NCBI RefSeq assembly: GCF_009914755.1
Contig: NC_060926.1
Origin: the human T2T-CHM13v2.0 reference genome, Homo sapiens
Reading direction: 5' to 3' (one strand)
DNA length: 64,000 bases
Every line of letters begins with the position of its first letter. Position 1 is the stretch's first letter. Of the stretch, positions 62,431 through 64,000 are shown piece after piece. Made by a program: the position numbers and the translations under genes. The notes beneath the pieces were generated by a model, which was given only the letters and a program-made list of their open reading frames with translations, had not been told where the DNA came from and did no database searches.

Positions 62431-63112
62431 AGAAGCCTAGTGTTATGCTTATATTCTTCTTATCGAACAGATCTCTGTCTTCTAGTTTCAATCAAGCCTC
62501 AATAATCCCTAGGTCTGCTGTACAGCTATCATACTGGGCATTACTCTTCTCACTTTATAGCTGAGTCTACTTTTTGTGGATCACACAATTTCCTCTTGAT
62601 TGAGATCATATCCATTATGTTCTGGTATTTAAGTGTGCCAAGAAGTAAAAAGAAATCATGTTTAGTTTGAATATTTTTTCCTGTGCAAGGGGTAATCTTA
62701 TTTTTTTTATTTAACTCTGATTTTCTGCTGAATTTAAACCTTATAGTAGCATAGCAATTTAATGCCTTTCTGTCTTTTCCCATTATATTATTGTCCTGCT
62801 GAATTTTTGATCTATTAATTCGAAACTTTCTTGTCTAACCAATGACGTTTTTCTAATTTAAATTTAGCTATTACTTCAATTTATTTTACTTTATTCTCTT
62901 AATTTCTAAGACCAACTCTTCCAATGTTTTATCTTTAATTTTCTGAATATACTGTCTGTTCTCAGCATTTCTTTTTTTATATTTTCTTAAATTAATGATT
63001 AAGTTTTGCTTTTGAAATAGTAGTTTTTTGACACCTTTCTTATCTCAGTCTACTTTTTCTTCTTGCTTGTCAATCATTTGTTGTTAAACATACACGCGGG
63101 CACACACACACA

Positions 63113-64000
63113 GAGCTTTACTGAAGTAAAATTGATGTGCTAAATTATACATGTTTAAAGAATAAAATCTGATATGTTTTGGCATATGTATGCACCAATT
63201 AAACAATCACTGCAATAAAGATAATGTATGTATCTAATATGATTAGACTTTGTGCCCCACCCAAATCTCATCTTGAATTGTAATAATCCCCACATGTCAA
63301 GGGAGAGACCAGGTGGAGGTAATTGAATCATGAGGATGATTTCCCACATGCAGTTCCCCTGATAGTGAAAGAGTTCTCACGAGATCTAATGGTTTTATAA
63401 GCGGCTCTTCCCTCTTTGCTCACCACTTTTCCTTCCTGCCACCTTGTGAAGAAGACGTCTTGCTTGCCCTTCGTCTTCCACCATGGTTATAAGTTTTCTG
63501 AGGCCTCCCCAACCATACTGAACTGTGAGTCAATTAAACCTCTTTCCTTTATAAATTACCCAGTCTCGGGCGGTTCTTTATAGCAATAAGAAAAGGGACT
63601 ATACAGTATTCATCACTCCAAAGTTTCCTGATTCTTCATTCTCATTTCCTATTCTTCCTGGAATCCTTTCCTTCTTCAATTGCTGGCAATTACTAACCCA
63701 GTTTCTCTCATTGTGGATCACCTATCATTGTTCAGAATTTTATATGAAGGATTCATACACCATAAACTTTTTTTCTGACTTTTATTTTCACTCAGCATAC
63801 TTATTCTGAAACTCACCTACATCGTTGCATGAATTAATAACTCATTCCTTTGTATTACTAAGTAATATTCTATTGTGTGATTATACCACAATTTGTTCAT
63901 TCAACTCTTGAAGGACTTTTGGATTGTTTCTTGTATTTGGCTACTGCAAATAAAGCTTCTGTAAACATTCATATTAAAGACTTTGTATGAAGATATGCTT
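63113..64000 (-). mobile_element. Old L1M (L1MB/MC/ME-like) 3' UTR, split by a THE1D LTR
   Basis: AGCTTTACTGAAGTAAAATTGA... and TTTCACTCAGCATA...ATTCCTTTGTATTACTAAGTAATATTCTATTGTGTGATTATACCACAATTTG. Confidence 0.75.
63235..63605 (+). mobile_element. THE1D solo LTR
   Basis: CCCCACCCAAATCTCATCTTGAATTGTAATAATCCCCACATGTCAAGGGAGAGACCAGGTGGAGG...GTGAGTCAATTAAACCTCTTTCCTTTATAAATTACCCAG; TSD GTATC/GTATT. Confidence 0.88.

Overview
AT-rich primate (human-like) genomic DNA with no recognisable host protein-coding exon, RNA gene or CRISPR array; most of the window is transposable-element derived. It holds a defective ERV9/LTR12 provirus (1567-7252, 4-bp TSD CTAT), two MaLR proviral structures, several solo LTRs, a near-full-length old L1 on the minus strand, stacked old L1 fragments at 34-48 kb, three Alus, MER20/MER44 DNA transposons, MIR/L2 relics and microsatellites. 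The most unusual observations are: (1) a THE1 (MaLR) provirus whose 5' LTR is an ERV-L MLT2A LTR, joined at the primer-binding site and flanked by one near-perfect TSD, which suggests inter-family strand transfer during reverse transcription; (2) the ERV9 internal region has lost its own RT/IN and carries micro-deleted pol fragments resembling HERV-I, giving two different RNase H remnants; (3) two apparent templated insertions (50.2 and 56.3 kb) whose donors lie about 180 bp apart; (4) a twin-primed L1 nested in an MLT1C LTR. Repeat family names come from recalled consensus sequences, not a database search; subfamily calls and the boundaries of old elements are approximate.
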